A stretch of DNA of 64,000 nt from Octopus sinensis (GCF_006345805.1 NC_043004.1:83762001-83826000); one strand, 5' to 3'; positions 40,619-54,641 are shown, numbered from the stretch's first letter. The notes: generated from the letters alone by a model not told the origin. Numbers and translations: made by a program.

Positions 40619-41160
40619 GAGTGAGAGAGCAGTTCATGCCATCAAAGTTACACTGGGGTAAAATATACGAAGCCCAATATACCCATCATGACTACCCGTC
40701 TGATAAGGGTACACCAGGCACATGCATCACAATCATATGTGCGCGACATGGTGATCTCATATCACGATAAACAGCACGTGACCTTGCAGGTGGGGCCCAG
40801 TTAAAAATTTCTTCAGGTTGAGTAGCCCATCCCGCTCAAAATGTCCCTGAATAAGGGTTGTTTAATGATGTTGAAAGAACTACCCATGTTACCACAAGTG
40901 AATTATTCAAAGAATCCCTCTCAACACATGGCTATGATGCTCCCCCACTACTTCTGCTCGTGATCAGAGATGCACATATCGTCAGCCACTAAGGGACATG
41001 CTCAACTGGTTAAGGTCAAACAACTGACAAGCAATCTGGGTATTGAGCAGAATTTGCTGTAGCCCATCTTTTTACCAAGACAAAACAATGTACATGATAA
41101 CACTTCCAATCAGTTAAGATAAGAAGCCATGAGAGCCACTGCCTGGTACTGCATCAGGGC
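40619..41160 (-). mobile_element. 554-bp element, tandem copy A
   Basis: Colinear with copy 1; short (ATT)n on the left and (ATT)n on the right. Confidence 0.9.
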
Positions 41161-41165
41161 ATTTA

Positions 41166-41200
<35 letters not shown>

Positions 41201-41752
41201 GAGTGAGAGAGCAGTTCATGCCATCAAAGTGACACTGGGGTAAAATATACGAAGCCCAATATACCCATCATGACTACCCGTCTGATAAAGGTACACCAGG
41301 CACATGCATCACAACCATATGTGCGCGACATGGTGATCTCATATCAAGATAAACAGCACATGACCTTGCAGGTGGGGCCCAGTTAGAATTTTCTTCAGGT
41401 TGAGTAGCCCATCCCGCTCAAAATGTCCCTGAATAAGGGTTGCTTTAGGATGTTGAACGAAACACCTATGTTTCCAGAGGTGAATTATTCAAACTCCAAA
41501 GAATCCCTCTCAACACATGGCCATGATGCTCCCCCACTACTTCTGCTCGTGATCAGAGTGCACGTATTGTCAGCCACTAAGGGACATGCTCAACTGGCTA
41601 AGGTCAAACAACTGACAAGCAAATCTGTGGTATTGAGCAGAATATTTGCTGTAGCCCATCTTTTATACCAAACAGAACAATGTACATGATACCACTAGCC
41701 ACTTCCAATCAGTTAGATCAGAAGCCATGAAGCCACTGCTGGTACTGCACAG
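41201..41752 (-). mobile_element. 554-bp element, tandem copy B
   Basis: Colinear with copy 1; many small deletions near the right end. Confidence 0.9.
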
Positions 41753-41842
41753 ATTATTATTATTATTATTATTATATTATTATTATATTATTATTATATT
41801 ATTATTATTATATCATCATCATTATTAATATATTTTATTATT

Positions 41843-42352
41843 GAGTGAGAGAGCAGTTCATGCATCAGTGACACTGGTAATATACGAAGCCCAATATACC
41901 CATCATGACTACCCGTCTGATAAGGGTACACCAAGCACATGCATCACAACCATATGTGCGCGACATGGTGATCTCATATCAAGATAAACAGCACATGACC
42001 TTGCAGGTGGAGCCCAGTTAGAATTTTCTTCAGATCGAGTAACCCATCCTGCTCAAAAGGTCCCTGAATAAGGTTTGTTTAAGGACGTTGAACGAAACAC
42101 CCATGTTTCCAGAGGTGAATTATTCAAACCCAAAGAATCCCTCTCAACACATGGCTATGATGCTCCCCCACTACTTCTGCTCGTGATCAGAGATGCACAT
42201 ATCGTTAGCCACTAAGGACATGCTCAACTGGTTATGGTCAAACAACTGACAAGCAAATCTGTGGTATTGAGCAGAATATTTGCTGTAGCCCATCTTTATA
42301 CCAAGACAAAACAATGTACATGATAACACTTCCAATCAGTTAAGATCAGAAG
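41843..42352 (-). mobile_element. 554-bp element, tandem copy C (5'-truncated by ~35 bp)
   Basis: Ends at aagatcagaag, then (ATT)n to ~42495. Confidence 0.9.
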
Positions 42353-42412
42353 ATTATTATTATTATTATTATTATTATCTTTATTATTATTATTATTATT
42401 ATTGTTATCATA

Positions 42413-42483
<71 letters not shown>

Positions 42484-43124
42484 TTTATTATTGCTAGCAT
42501 TTGTAATCTATATATAATATTCCTGTGTAAGTTACTAATTTACAACTATTCATTCTCAAAATTTCTACGTTATTTCACGCTGAATTCAAACTGATTGCGT
42601 TATTTGTGTATACGCAGTTTTGAGAAAAGATCACTGTATTTATACAACGTGTAAAAACTACAGTATAAGGTCAGTGTTTTGTCAACATTTTGGTATGAAT
42701 AGAAATTATTCGTTCATAACACCGATGAAAATTTAGAAGAAAACGGAAATATCAAAACATATATGCGATAACGAAAATGAAAAGTTCAAGATGCAAAAAT
42801 AGCAAGCAGCGATTTCTTGAAAGTTGTAATTTAATATAAATTTACGGTTCTATTTTTTATCATTAAAATAAAGAGTTATCTAAAAAATCGGTTGCACTAT
42901 TATTGATATTGTAAACTGTGATTAATTTAGATCGCATTCCGCGTGTCCTTTTAAAATAAAATTACATGAGCTTTCAACGGCTGTACAAAATACACAGAAA
43001 TGCATTTATATATATGTGTGTGTGCGTGTGCGTGTGTGTGTGTGTGCGTGCGTGCGTATGTATGTGTGCGTGTGGGTGCTTGTTTGTGCGTGTATATGTG
43101 TGCGAGTGTGCTTCAGTGTGTTTG

Positions 43125-43169
<45 letters not shown>

Positions 43170-43511
43170 TATATAATATATATATATATACAAACATGTA
43201 TATATACATATATATACATATATATACGTATATATACATATATATATACATTCAACAATTGAGGCACAATTAATTAATTATTAATCAATTTCACCAAGTG
43301 TTCAGTATGCAAAGGACCATTCAAGCGAATTAACACTATATATGAGAGAGATTTTCTTTAAATATTAGAAATAGTTTTAAAAAAGTTTTTTAGCTGCTAT
43401 TTCTAATGAGTTCAGTATGCGGCAAAGTAATTTATTTACTAAGCCCATATATATACATATATATATACATATATATATATATATGTGCATATATATTATA
43501 TATATATATAT

Positions 43512-43545
<34 letters not shown>

Positions 43546-44423
43546 CCACTTGGAAGGGAGGACGCTCTGAAACTATTCGAACTGATCCTCTTTGGAAGGG
43601 AGGACGCTCTGAAACTCCCATACTCCCTTCCTTCTGGAGAAATTCTCATGGCGTCCAACAACATCAGAGACTTGGGAGTAACAGTGGACAACAACATAAG
43701 CTGGGCTACACATATAAGCAGCAAAGTTGACATGGCCCGCGGAATGTGTTCCTGGATTCTCAGAACCTTCCAGTCGAGAGATTCCCACACTATTATCCTT
43801 CTCTTCTCCACTTTTGCCCGACCCCACCTTGAATACTGCTGTCCACTGTGGTCTCCCTACACAAAACAAAATATTATGAGAATTGAAGTTCCCCAAAGGT
43901 CAATAACAAAGAAGATAGATGGCATGTCAGACCTTGACAACTGGGGTAGACTAGAGAAGCTGAAACTGTATTCACTCCAACGACGCCGTGAACGCTACAT
44001 TATCTGTATGATGTGGAAAATATTCCATCAGCACTGTCCGAATGATGTTGGCATCACCTTCAAAAAACATCCAAGGCTTGGACCACGTGCCACCCGTCCA
44101 CAGCAAAAATCTAAATCGCATCATATAACGACAATACGGCACAACTATTTCACCTCAATTGGACCCGCTCTCTTCAGCATTACACCAGAACACATCAAAA
44201 AAGAAACTGACCACACACAATTCAAGAAGTCTTTGGACAACTTCCTTCAAACAGTCCCGGACAAACCACCCACACCCGGATATGTCTCCGCAAACAATAA
44301 CTCTCTGCTCGAATGGGCGTTGGTGCCCAAATCCTGAATTGAAAGACTTCGCCAGGTAGTGCTATTAAGTTAGACATGGCCTGGGCCAATACTGGCCAAA
44401 ACCTTTCTAAGTTATTTTAAGTT
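43546..44423 (+). mobile_element. CR1/L2-group LINE, 5'-truncated 3' fragment (RT C-terminus plus 3' UTR) in (TA)n
   Basis: Uninterrupted ~260 codons: IRDLGVTVDNNISWATHI...RPHLEYCCPLWSPY...IEVPQRSITKKI...RLEKLKLYSLQRRRER; short tt(c/t)taag repeats at the 3' end. Confidence 0.9.
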
Positions 44424-44669
44424 GTATATATATATATATATATAGGTGATAACATTGGACGAGCTTTGCCTATGATACTTCAAGTTTTTTTACTAAAATC
44501 ATATTTAACTCACACTAAATATATACTTATTTATATCTATATTTCTCGATCTGTATACGTACCTATCTCTCTGTGTATATGTCTATACACACATACACTT
44601 ATATTAATGTGTCCTTTCTAAATGGATTTCAAAAGAAATCATACACGCTCCATACAGTGGATTACTACT

Positions 44670-44900
44670 TGAGAGAAAGTAAGTCGGCAATCTGGCCGAA
44701 TGGATTGCACGCCGGGCGAAATGCTAAGCCGCATCTCGACTGTCAAATTCCGCAATGTCCACTTTGCTTTTCATCCTTTCGGGTTCGATAAATCAAGTAC
44801 TAGTGAAACTAAGGGGTCGATGCATGCGATTCATCCACTCTCCCAAAATTGCTGCTATTATGGAAAAATCTGAAACCATTATTTGAAGGAAAGAGAATAG
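44670..44900 (+). mobile_element. SINE family A copy
   Basis: gcacgccgggcgaaatgctaagc...ctttgcttttcatcctttcgggttcgataaatcaagtact. Confidence 0.75.
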
Positions 44901-45245
44901 GAAATGTAATTATTTTTGGTGCCGATTTAGTCGCAAGAAGAGACTGACAAGTACCCGGTCCAATGGCACCTAGTGCATGCAAGCTGTCGCTGCTGCTGAG
45001 TGCGCCAGTAACGCCATTTGAGAAACCACATATACACAGACACAAACTGAAAAATAGATATATGTGCTTCAAGAAATGATGTTCTACATACAATTTCAGT
45101 CTCTTATGAATACGTCTAAGCGCATTTAAACTAAATTTCCTCAACGTTCATAGGACTATATCTATCTTTCTATTTATCCATATTTATCTATCTATCAATC
45201 ATCCTCTCCCTATTACTCTCTCACTCTATCTATCTACTCATCTAT

Positions 45246-45307
<62 letters not shown>

Positions 45308-45368
45308 ACCTATCTGTCTGTTTGTATGTGTATATACATATATACGTATGTATATTATTATTATTATT

Positions 45369-45911
45369 GAGTGAGAGAGCAGTTCATGCCATCAAAGTGA
45401 CACTGGGGTAAAATATACGAAGCCCAATATACCCATCATGACTACCCGTCTGATAAAGGTACACCAGCACATGCATCACAACCATATGTGCGCGACATGG
45501 TGATCTCATATCAGATAAACAGCACATGACCTTGCAGGTGGGGCCCAGTTAGATTTTCTTCAGGTTGAGTAGCCCATCCTGCTCAAAAGGTCCCTGAATA
45601 AGGGTTGCTTTAGGATGTTGACGAAACACCTATGTTTCCAGAGGTGAATTATTCAAACCCCAAAGAATCCCTCTCAACACATGCCATGATGCTCCCCCCT
45701 ACTTCTGCTCGTGATCAGAGATGCACATATCGTCAGCCACTAAGGGACATGCTCAACTGGTTAAGGCCAAACAACTGACAAGCAATCTGTGGTATTGAGC
45801 AGAATATTTGCTGTAGCCCATCTTTTATACCAAGACAAAACAATGTACATGATAACACTTCAATCAGTTAAGATCAAGCCATGAGAGCCACTGCCTGGTA
45901 CTGCATCAGGG

Positions 45912-45912
<1 letters not shown>
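45369..45912 (-). mobile_element. 554-bp element, copy D
   Basis: Colinear with copy 1; (ATT)n on both sides. Confidence 0.9.
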
Positions 45913-45954
<42 letters not shown>

Positions 45955-47420
45955 CTATGTTTGACTTTTGCTTTATATTTGTACAAGTTGACTCCACGTA
46001 TCACCCAGAGACCTCAAGAGACAACAGGTTGGAAGTTCATGTTGTTGTTATGCCTAGCGTGCCATATTTTTGGGGGGTTTTGGATGTTGTACTACTGAAT
46101 GTCTAAAAAAAAAAAAATTATGTTTGTTTTAAACCTTCAGATTACATAGAATGTATTTTGCGTAGGATATGAGCAATTCCCATGAACACTATCTTTTGAA
46201 TTTCTGCCAATTTTGGGTTTCCTGGTATCTGAGTTAGGTAGCAATCAGCCCCTTTCGCTATTATTCCCAGGGCACCTATGACAACAGGTATTGTTTTAGT
46301 CTTCAGCTTCCACATTTTGCTGACTTCTATTTCAAGATCTTTATATTTGCTCAGTTTTTGGTAGGTCTTGACGGATACGTTTATATCGATTGGGACAGTC
46401 ATATCAATGAGGAGGCATGTTCTTTGTCTGAAGTCTTTCAATATGATGTCTGGCCTATTTGCATCTATCTTTCTGTCAGTTTGAATGGTGAAGTTCCAGA
46501 GGAGTGAGATGTGGTCATTTTCAAGCACTGGAGGTTGTTTGTGTTCCCACCAGTTTTATTCATGGGGTAAATCCAGGTGTTTTGCAAACTACCCAGTGAA
46601 TATATTGTGCAGCTCTATCATGCCTGATGAGATACTCTGTAGGCGCTAGAAGACTACACTTGGAGACAATATGATCAATGGTTTCATTTTATTGTTGACA
46701 TACACAACATGTTGGGCTACTGCCGTTCTTTAATATGTTGGCCTGATAGTTTCTTGTTGGTAGGCATTGATCTTGAGCTGCTATTATAAACTCTTCTGTT
46801 TCAGATTTTAAGCCGGAGGCCATCAGCCATTGATGGGTCAGAGCTTTGTCAACAACTGTATTATTCACTCCCTTTGGGTATTTGCCATAGAGAGGTTTTT
46901 CTTGCCATTTATCATTCAGAATATCTAAGGTCGCAGTTTTAGCTCGGGCTTTCATGCGCCTAGCTTTTTCTGTGTTTGTTTCTTTTATGTCTAATTCCGA
47001 AATTTGTTGTATTCGGAATTTACTTAGATATTCCTTCGCCTGTTTTGTTACTGAGTATGATGCTTTCTTGTTTTCATGTTTTGAGACAGGTTTTAACATC
47101 CAGTCCTCAGAGTTTTTCAGGTAGGTGTCTAGGCCAATTGTAGCAATCTTCATTGTTATTGCCAGTTGTAAAATTCCACGGCCTCCCTCTTTTCTTGGCA
47201 GATAAAGTCGGTCTGTATCTGCCTTAGGGTGGTGCATGTCAAAAGTTTTCGTATTTTTCTGTCAAGATTACATATTTCAGTAATTGACCAGTTAACGATA
47301 TTGAAGCTGTACGTTACGACTGGTATGGCTAAAGCATTGATTGCTTCGATCCTGTTTCTCACATTCAGCCCTGTCTTGAGTTTTGCTCTTACTCTGCGAT
47401 AACATTCTCTCCTGATCCTT
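45955..47420 (-). mobile_element. R4/Dong-clade LINE, 5'-truncated ~1.47-kb fragment (RT thumb, zinc knuckle, REL, 3' UTR), with stops and frameshifts
   Basis: AINALAIPVVTYSF..NW; MHHPKADTDRLYLPRKEGGRG; LKSETEEFIIAAQDQCLPTRNY; ANRPDIILKD..CLLIDMTVP..KLSKYKDLEIEVSKMW..IPVVIGALG; (ATT)n on both sides. Confidence 0.92.
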
Positions 47421-47430
47421 ATTATTATTA

Positions 47431-47492
<62 letters not shown>

Positions 47493-48823
47493 CATTATAT
47501 TATACTATTATTATTATTATTTTTATTATTATTAGTAGTAGTAGCAGTATGTAATTATAATTTGCACATCATACGTATTACACGCTTATTTCCTAACATA
47601 TTACAATTAGCTGTGAAATTGATAAATAAAATTCCATTTTTGCTTCTCAGCCCATAATACGTGCTTGCTGGTTTACGATTATACCCTGTCTCACATTAAT
47701 TATCCCGTTTGGCAAGTCACTTATAAATAGAGTTTTAGCTGGATGACAGTAGTCATCAAATTTTCTCATAAAAATGAAGCTGATGAGATTTTTTTTTACA
47801 GTTATTTGTTCTTTGACAATAATTGAAACTGCCTGATACTTCTCAATTTACGTTTTCAATTGTATTCACTGAGATGTATAATTTTAAATGTATAATACCT
47901 AAAATTTTAAATTGCATATATTATTTATAATGACGAAAGTTTCTAACGCATTCGGTTTCACATAATAACTTTGTGGCAAGGTATTTGTATAATTGTCACA
48001 AATATGTATGTTTAATTGACACAGCCTTTGTGAATTCAAAGCTGGGTAAATAGTCCTTTTGTTTAAATAAAACTACGTCGTCAATTATCACTTTCCTTGT
48101 TTAAGGGGTAGAATTAATGATGCTACGTTTATAATGATCTATATAAAGTAAAGATGTTTTTATTCTTTGTAGAGTAATATTTGGAATAGAAATTAATGAA
48201 TCAGCAATTAGCGCCGTGCCATACAGCGAATAAAATCAGAAATTTCAACTTTCACCTGATGCTAAGATTATCCTTTCAGACGTGTCTTCAAGCTATATTT
48301 GTTTCGACATTTTTATTAAATCTCCACTAACTTTTACACCGGACCCGTTGACAAAGAAACGTCAAAATAAATGCGCTGTGCTAAGATATTATCTTACAAT
48401 AATTCAGCTCAGAACTGTATTTGTCTCTATGTACAAAACAAATAAGTAAAATCAATACTGTGCACACTTATTCCATTCCGTTGCCAATGTATATCACCAC
48501 CAGTAAAAATCTGATTAACGCAAAAGTACAGTGTACTCAAGAAAACACCAAGGAACAATAATAATGACATTACGTTCAACATTATAAGGAGATCAAAAGT
48601 GCAAAGATTTGCTAAGTTTATAATTCCAATACTCACATAAGAAAACGTGGAAAATTATACGTATAGAAATATATATGTCCCTACACGCAAAGAGTTTCCT
48701 GATATATGAGGTGAAATATATTTTAGTTAATTTAAACATGTTTTGTTTTATATACATACACATATATATACATATACACACACATACATACACACACACA
48801 CAAACACACAGACACACACACAG

Positions 48824-48915
<92 letters not shown>

Positions 48916-49182
48916 TTGTTGAAATAGAAAGATGAATTTTCTTGTTACAGATTATTCAAAAGTATAACCGATACCTGGGTAGCAAAAATCACAGCAGAAA
49001 ATGCACGGTTGGAGATAAGACCATTTGGTGTTGCAACCGTGCGTTGGTGCGGATAATTGAAGTTTAATATTATTATGGAATGGAAGAAATGGAGTTGAAC
49101 GAAGATTGTACAGAATTCCTTTTATTTTATTTTACAGGAATTCTGTACAATCTTCGTTCAACTCCATTTCTTCCATTCCATA

Positions 49183-49204
<22 letters not shown>

Positions 49205-49213
<9 letters not shown>

Positions 49214-49485
49214 CAAAATGGGACAAGAACGCAAAACATCCAGTCAGGTGATACAAAAAAGGGACAACAAAACATTCAGAATCCAGATAGACCGATACAT
49301 CGAAAACAAGTAAGTACGGCTCATTCGGAGTTTCCTTTCCTCAGTCGAGTTCCAGATTATCTTTGCAATTTCGGCTGGTTATTCGGGATTGCTCCAATCT
49401 GGTAAGCCCCGAGGAAAAACTAAGTTAAGAGAATGAGATTCCTTGGAAGAAAGCAGCGAAAGCAAAGACGGAAAAAAGGGACAAT
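49205..49485. repeat. (TA)n-bounded dispersed repeat, probably PLE-derived; relatives at ~3930-4020, 28315-28410 and 36620-36660
   Basis: Shared tt(t/c)ctttc(a/c)tcag(t/a)c(a/g)agt motif at 3.9, 28.3 and 49.3 kb; caaaacatcc shared with 36.6 kb. Confidence 0.5.
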
Positions 49486-49786
49486 GTTATATATATATAT
49501 ATATATGTTTATATATTCGTTTTGCAAGATTCTTCATGTGAAATCATATATCGAAACAGATATTGTTGTATTTGGAGATGGTCATGTTGGTAGTTTTGCC
49601 AATAAAACACACGCCCTATATAATTGGTCTTAATTTGCTTCACCCTTATTTTATTTTTTTAATTAATCGTATTTGTGCCAGAGTTCTTTCGTCAGATTTC
49701 TGTCACCTCATCACTGGTCCTTTGCTTTCTTCCTTTCTTAATTGTGTGTCTTTCCTTACAATCAGCCATTTTGCATTTTACATACA

Positions 49787-49868
<82 letters not shown>

Positions 49869-51302
49869 GCACATGTATTAAATGTTGGTTTAACGGTAAA
49901 TATTTAATTGAAATACCTTGCAACCATGCAACTGGTAATTGAACGGTAAATGTGTATTTTTACAAACCTTGGACATGCCACTCCATTGTATTTTGTCGGG
50001 TATTTCACCTCCAGCCGTTCGTTATGTCAGTCAGCACATACACTAATAAAACTGTGTACAGTGGTGGCCGTAAAGCCGGAAAGTTGCCGAAGACTAATAT
50101 TGTTCATATTAGGATGTGAATTATTCATTTATTTCAAATATGATAGCAATAAGAGGATTTTCATGTTATCACATTAGAATTAAAAGTGAAAGAATAAAAG
50201 TGAAACAATATTATAACCTTATCACATTATAGATGATAAGCAGCTTTCTTTATTTTAGCACAGATATGACTAATTCGGCCAACCATTATTTTCATTACTG
50301 AAAAATCGTCACTCTCATAATGCAACACTTTGTAATTTTGGTTGAAATTGAAAATGTGAAACTATTTTCGCTTTCTAATGAAAGCAATTCATTGTAGAGC
50401 TGTGCCTTCGAAATTACTATAGCTGGTTGTTGAGATAACGTACAATATTTGTAAATGAAAATATAGTTTATTTGTAATCCAAATATTACTGAATATTTTG
50501 ATGCCCCATACGTTAAAATGGGTAACCCAAATTTAGAATGCATAAGGAACATACGAGCGCGCACAAATACGCACGCACGCACACACACATACACACACAA
50601 TCACACACACATACACACACACAATCAGACACACACACAGACACACACTCTCCCTGTCTCTCACTTTTAGAACATACATAAGGTGTGAAACATCAGTATT
50701 TCTATGTCACCTGCTATCACCGTCTTTCATCTTTTATAGAAACTTGTTTTTTCTGTCTCTGTTTATTTCTGTTGCCTCTTTGTCTTTTTCTCAATGTGTG
50801 TGTGTCTTTCGCTCATTTCGTAAAACAATAATTTGATGCTTTGAAGGGAAGAGAAATTGAAATAAGAGAAAGTGAAAAGGATATAGGGAGCAGAAAATGA
50901 AGGAGATGAGAAAGTGAAAGAAGTATGTACGTGCATATGAAATGGAAGTGTGTGTGTGTGTGTGCGTGTGTGCATGCGTACGCGTATGTATGAGACAGAG
51001 AAAGACAAAGAGAAAGAGAGACAGAGACAAAGGGGGAGACAGTGTGAGGTGTGAGTGAGTGAGAATGTGTGTCATGCTGATTGATGTCTTTTAAGGTACT
51101 CACACATAGAAAATGTGACGCAATCGTAGTCGTCGTATAAAATGTTTACGATAGTTGATTTATGGAGAAGATTATGATGTAAAATTTTTGAAATGCAAGT
51201 ATGTGAATGAAAATTCAGTTTAGCTTATAGCCGATAGAGTACTGAATCTGTTGATCCCTTATACGTCAAAATCGGTCACTCGGTTTTAGAATGTATAAGG
51301 AA

Positions 51303-51339
<37 letters not shown>

Positions 51340-51399
51340 TTATACAGAAGCATTTATACATAAGTAAACACATATACGAGTACGCGGGAGTGTCTGTAT

Positions 51400-51490
51400 A
51401 TGTACAAGTGCCTTGTACTATAGCCTCGGGCCGACCAAATCCTTGGGAGTGGATTTTTAGTGGAAAATTGAAAGAGCCCATCGCGTATAT
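51400..51490 (+). mobile_element. SINE family B, internal fragment
   Basis: caagtgccttgtactatagcctcgggccgaccaaatccttgggagtggattt. Confidence 0.75.
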
Positions 51491-51498
51491 ATATATAG

Positions 51499-51571
<73 letters not shown>

Positions 51572-51949
51572 CACATATATATATATGTACACACACGGTC
51601 ACTTTAAGATGGAATAAACGAGAATTAATTATTAATCACGACAATTGTTTCGACACATCTAGTATCGATTCCTCATGTATGGGACACTCAACAACTGGTT
51701 GAGGAGCAGCCGGCGGTGCAAATGTTTCTTGTTGAGTGATAAATAAATACAACTCGTTAAAATTACTCTTCCACAATTTAACTTCCCCTCTTGTAGAAAA
51801 AAAACTCAGTCTCATGGAGGAAATATCTTCATTTATATAAAAGATCAAAAAAAAAAAAACCACAGAGGCAAAAAGAGAAACGAACACACAATCCAGGGAG
51901 AAAAGTATTTTTGGAATACAACCAGAGACACAGACATATACATACAGAT

Positions 51950-52090
51950 ATATACGACGGCCTTCTTTCTTTTCACGTCTACCAAATCCACGCGCAAGCT
52001 TTTGGAGACCCTATACTATAGAAGAAGACACCTGTCCAAGTTGCCACGCAGTGGAACTGAACCCGGAACCATGTGGTTGGTACACGAGCT
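51950..52090 (-). mobile_element. SINE family B, 5' part
   Basis: tctaccaaatccac...gaagacacctgtccaagttgccacgcagtggaactgaacccggaaccatgtggttgg. Confidence 0.8.
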
Positions 52091-53661
52091 TCATATTTCG
52101 TGTATGTATGTATTTAAATATTTATACATACACTCGCACAACCACGCACGCATACACATAACATAATTCGTGCTCAGCAAACATTTCATAAGACTGGCAA
52201 AGGGAGAAGTTAAGAAAATATGCATCAAAAACACTATAATATTCACGAGAATCATTGATATAAGACCTCGTCTAAAGCCTCATCTGTCTACAAGCAGTAT
52301 CTAAACGTATTTTTATTGTGTGCGTATGTATTTCGAGTTTTGAAATGAACCTATATTAACGTAAGCGGTGATACACCGCGTGATCTGCCATAAAGAAATA
52401 GCACCGAACACTATCACTAAACATTTGATATGGCAATGGAAATATTTTTTTTTTACTCCATGTATCGACATTTAAACGCGTTTCGGTATAATTATTTGTC
52501 TCAACTTAAATGAACACCAAATTAAGAGTCCGGATAAATAAAAGCAAATTTTCTACCGAATGAAACATTAGTTTAACATTTTACGTTTAGTTTTAGCTGC
52601 AGAACGAACACGTTTGCATGGTACAACATCTAACTATTGCTAGTTCTTCGTGAAATACTTCTACAAAAGTAGGAGATTATGTAAAACATCTATTCAGCTC
52701 ACATTATCTTTTGATTTTCATTTATTGTCCCATGTCATTCATACTGCAGAAAACACAAAAACACAGAGTAAACAAACACACGCGTACATAATTATAAATC
52801 TGTGTACATGTATTCATGTACATATACAAGTAAATGTATGTATACATATATGCTTGTTTCTATACTAAAGAGCGTGTGCACGTATGTGCATACACACATA
52901 TCATATACACATGCTAAATATATATGTACATGTTTAAATATGTATATGCATATATATGTCTAAGTCTGTGTATGGGTATCTGCAGAATTATATATTACAT
53001 ATACATTAAATCATATCTGATTCGAAGATATTATTGAGGAAATTATTTTCACAGCTTTTCTTAGAATGATCATAGCCTCTTCTTTGCAAAACTTATAAAC
53101 CAAGATCATATCTGTTTGACACAAAAGTTCTCAGAATAAATAAGTTTACGAATAGCCTCAAACACTAGACATATATTAATTATCAATCTGTATGATTTCT
53201 TTAACATCAATGAAAAGAAAACTGTACACATCAAGAAATCTAAAAGAAGAGGTATGTTCCTTTATATTCGATTTCAGAGTTTCGCTTCGTCATTATATTA
53301 AGCAAACCATAATTGACATAAAAGCCATTTTTTCTACTTTCACTATCTACAAATCTGTTCTTGAAGTCATGAATTATATGATAAAAATAGGTTCGGTACA
53401 TTAGTTACTGATGATTCGGTATATAGTTATGTCTAGCTGTGTCTATTCTTGCGTTGCACATAAAATCATATATACGCTTAAATATTCATACATACATTGT
53501 TATATACGTAAATTCGTATCGAAAAAGTGCATATAAATTACAGCAATATACATAGAAATAAAATTACTTATACGTATCATTATGTAAGTGTACACATGTA
53601 CATATAAACATATAGGTGTACACATAGACATACATATATAGACATATATATAAGTCTATTT

Positions 53662-53702
<41 letters not shown>

Positions 53703-53835
53703 GCATATGTATATACATACATACATATACATATATAATAATATATATACGCGTATATGAATTGTGTGTATGTATATATCTATATTTTTATGCATACATA
53801 ATAGCCCTATTTACGTATGAATGTGCTAGTAGTAT

Positions 53836-53888
<53 letters not shown>

Positions 53889-54594
53889 GTACATGTATAT
53901 GTATATGTTTGTGTGTGCTTGTGTGTGTATGCGTGTTTGCGTTTGCGCGTATGTGTGTGAGTGAGTGATTGTAACTACACACATAAAACACTCTTTTACA
54001 TGTGTAGGGGCAGCCACATCCCTGTATAGCATTGTCTGACGCTGAGTCCATGAAATTTATACATCTTCGGAAGTAACTAATTCTATCAAATCATATAAAC
54101 ACAGAGACACACGCACACGATATACAAGTGCAGCTGCAGAATATTACACACAAACACACACACATACACCCACACACAAACATACACAGGAAGGCCTACA
54201 AGTGCGTACAGACACACACACACATTGTATGTCTCTGTGTATGAATCTCCGTATCTTTTGCGGTGTACATATGGGAATGAATGTCCAAAGATGTGAACAA
54301 TTTCATTCTCATAAATCTAACATCAATATTGTTTGCACTTTATCTTTGTTCTTGTGCACGAGACGGTTGTCTACCTATAACAATGAATATTGGTAAGAAC
54401 TATCTTGCCGACGCACCAAACCACCCAGCTGCTCGCCACGCACACACACATAAAATGTTTATTAATTGAACCTTTTCAATGGGAAGCACTAACTTCACTC
54501 TCTCTAATTGAAACACCCATAGCAACCTCATGATAAATAATAGCGGATATGATGGAAAGAATCTTTCTCCCCAAATTGTGCTGTAGCTTTAAAA

Positions 54595-54641
<47 letters not shown>

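Noticed and set aside
40619-42352. CRISPR-like repeat-spacer appearance
   Set aside because: Units are ~550 bp, spacers are microsatellite, there are no cas genes, and the context is eukaryotic.
49320-49360. CUGA(G/U)GA...GAA motif on the minus strand in three related repeats (3990, 28350, 49330)
   Set aside because: It reads GAAU or AAAU rather than GAAA, and no stem I can be formed; too weak to call a ribozyme.
51636-51740. Protein-like ORF end ETFAPPAAPQPVVECPIHEESILDVSKQLS
   Set aside because: Weak acceptor, several frames equally plausible, and no recognisable homology.
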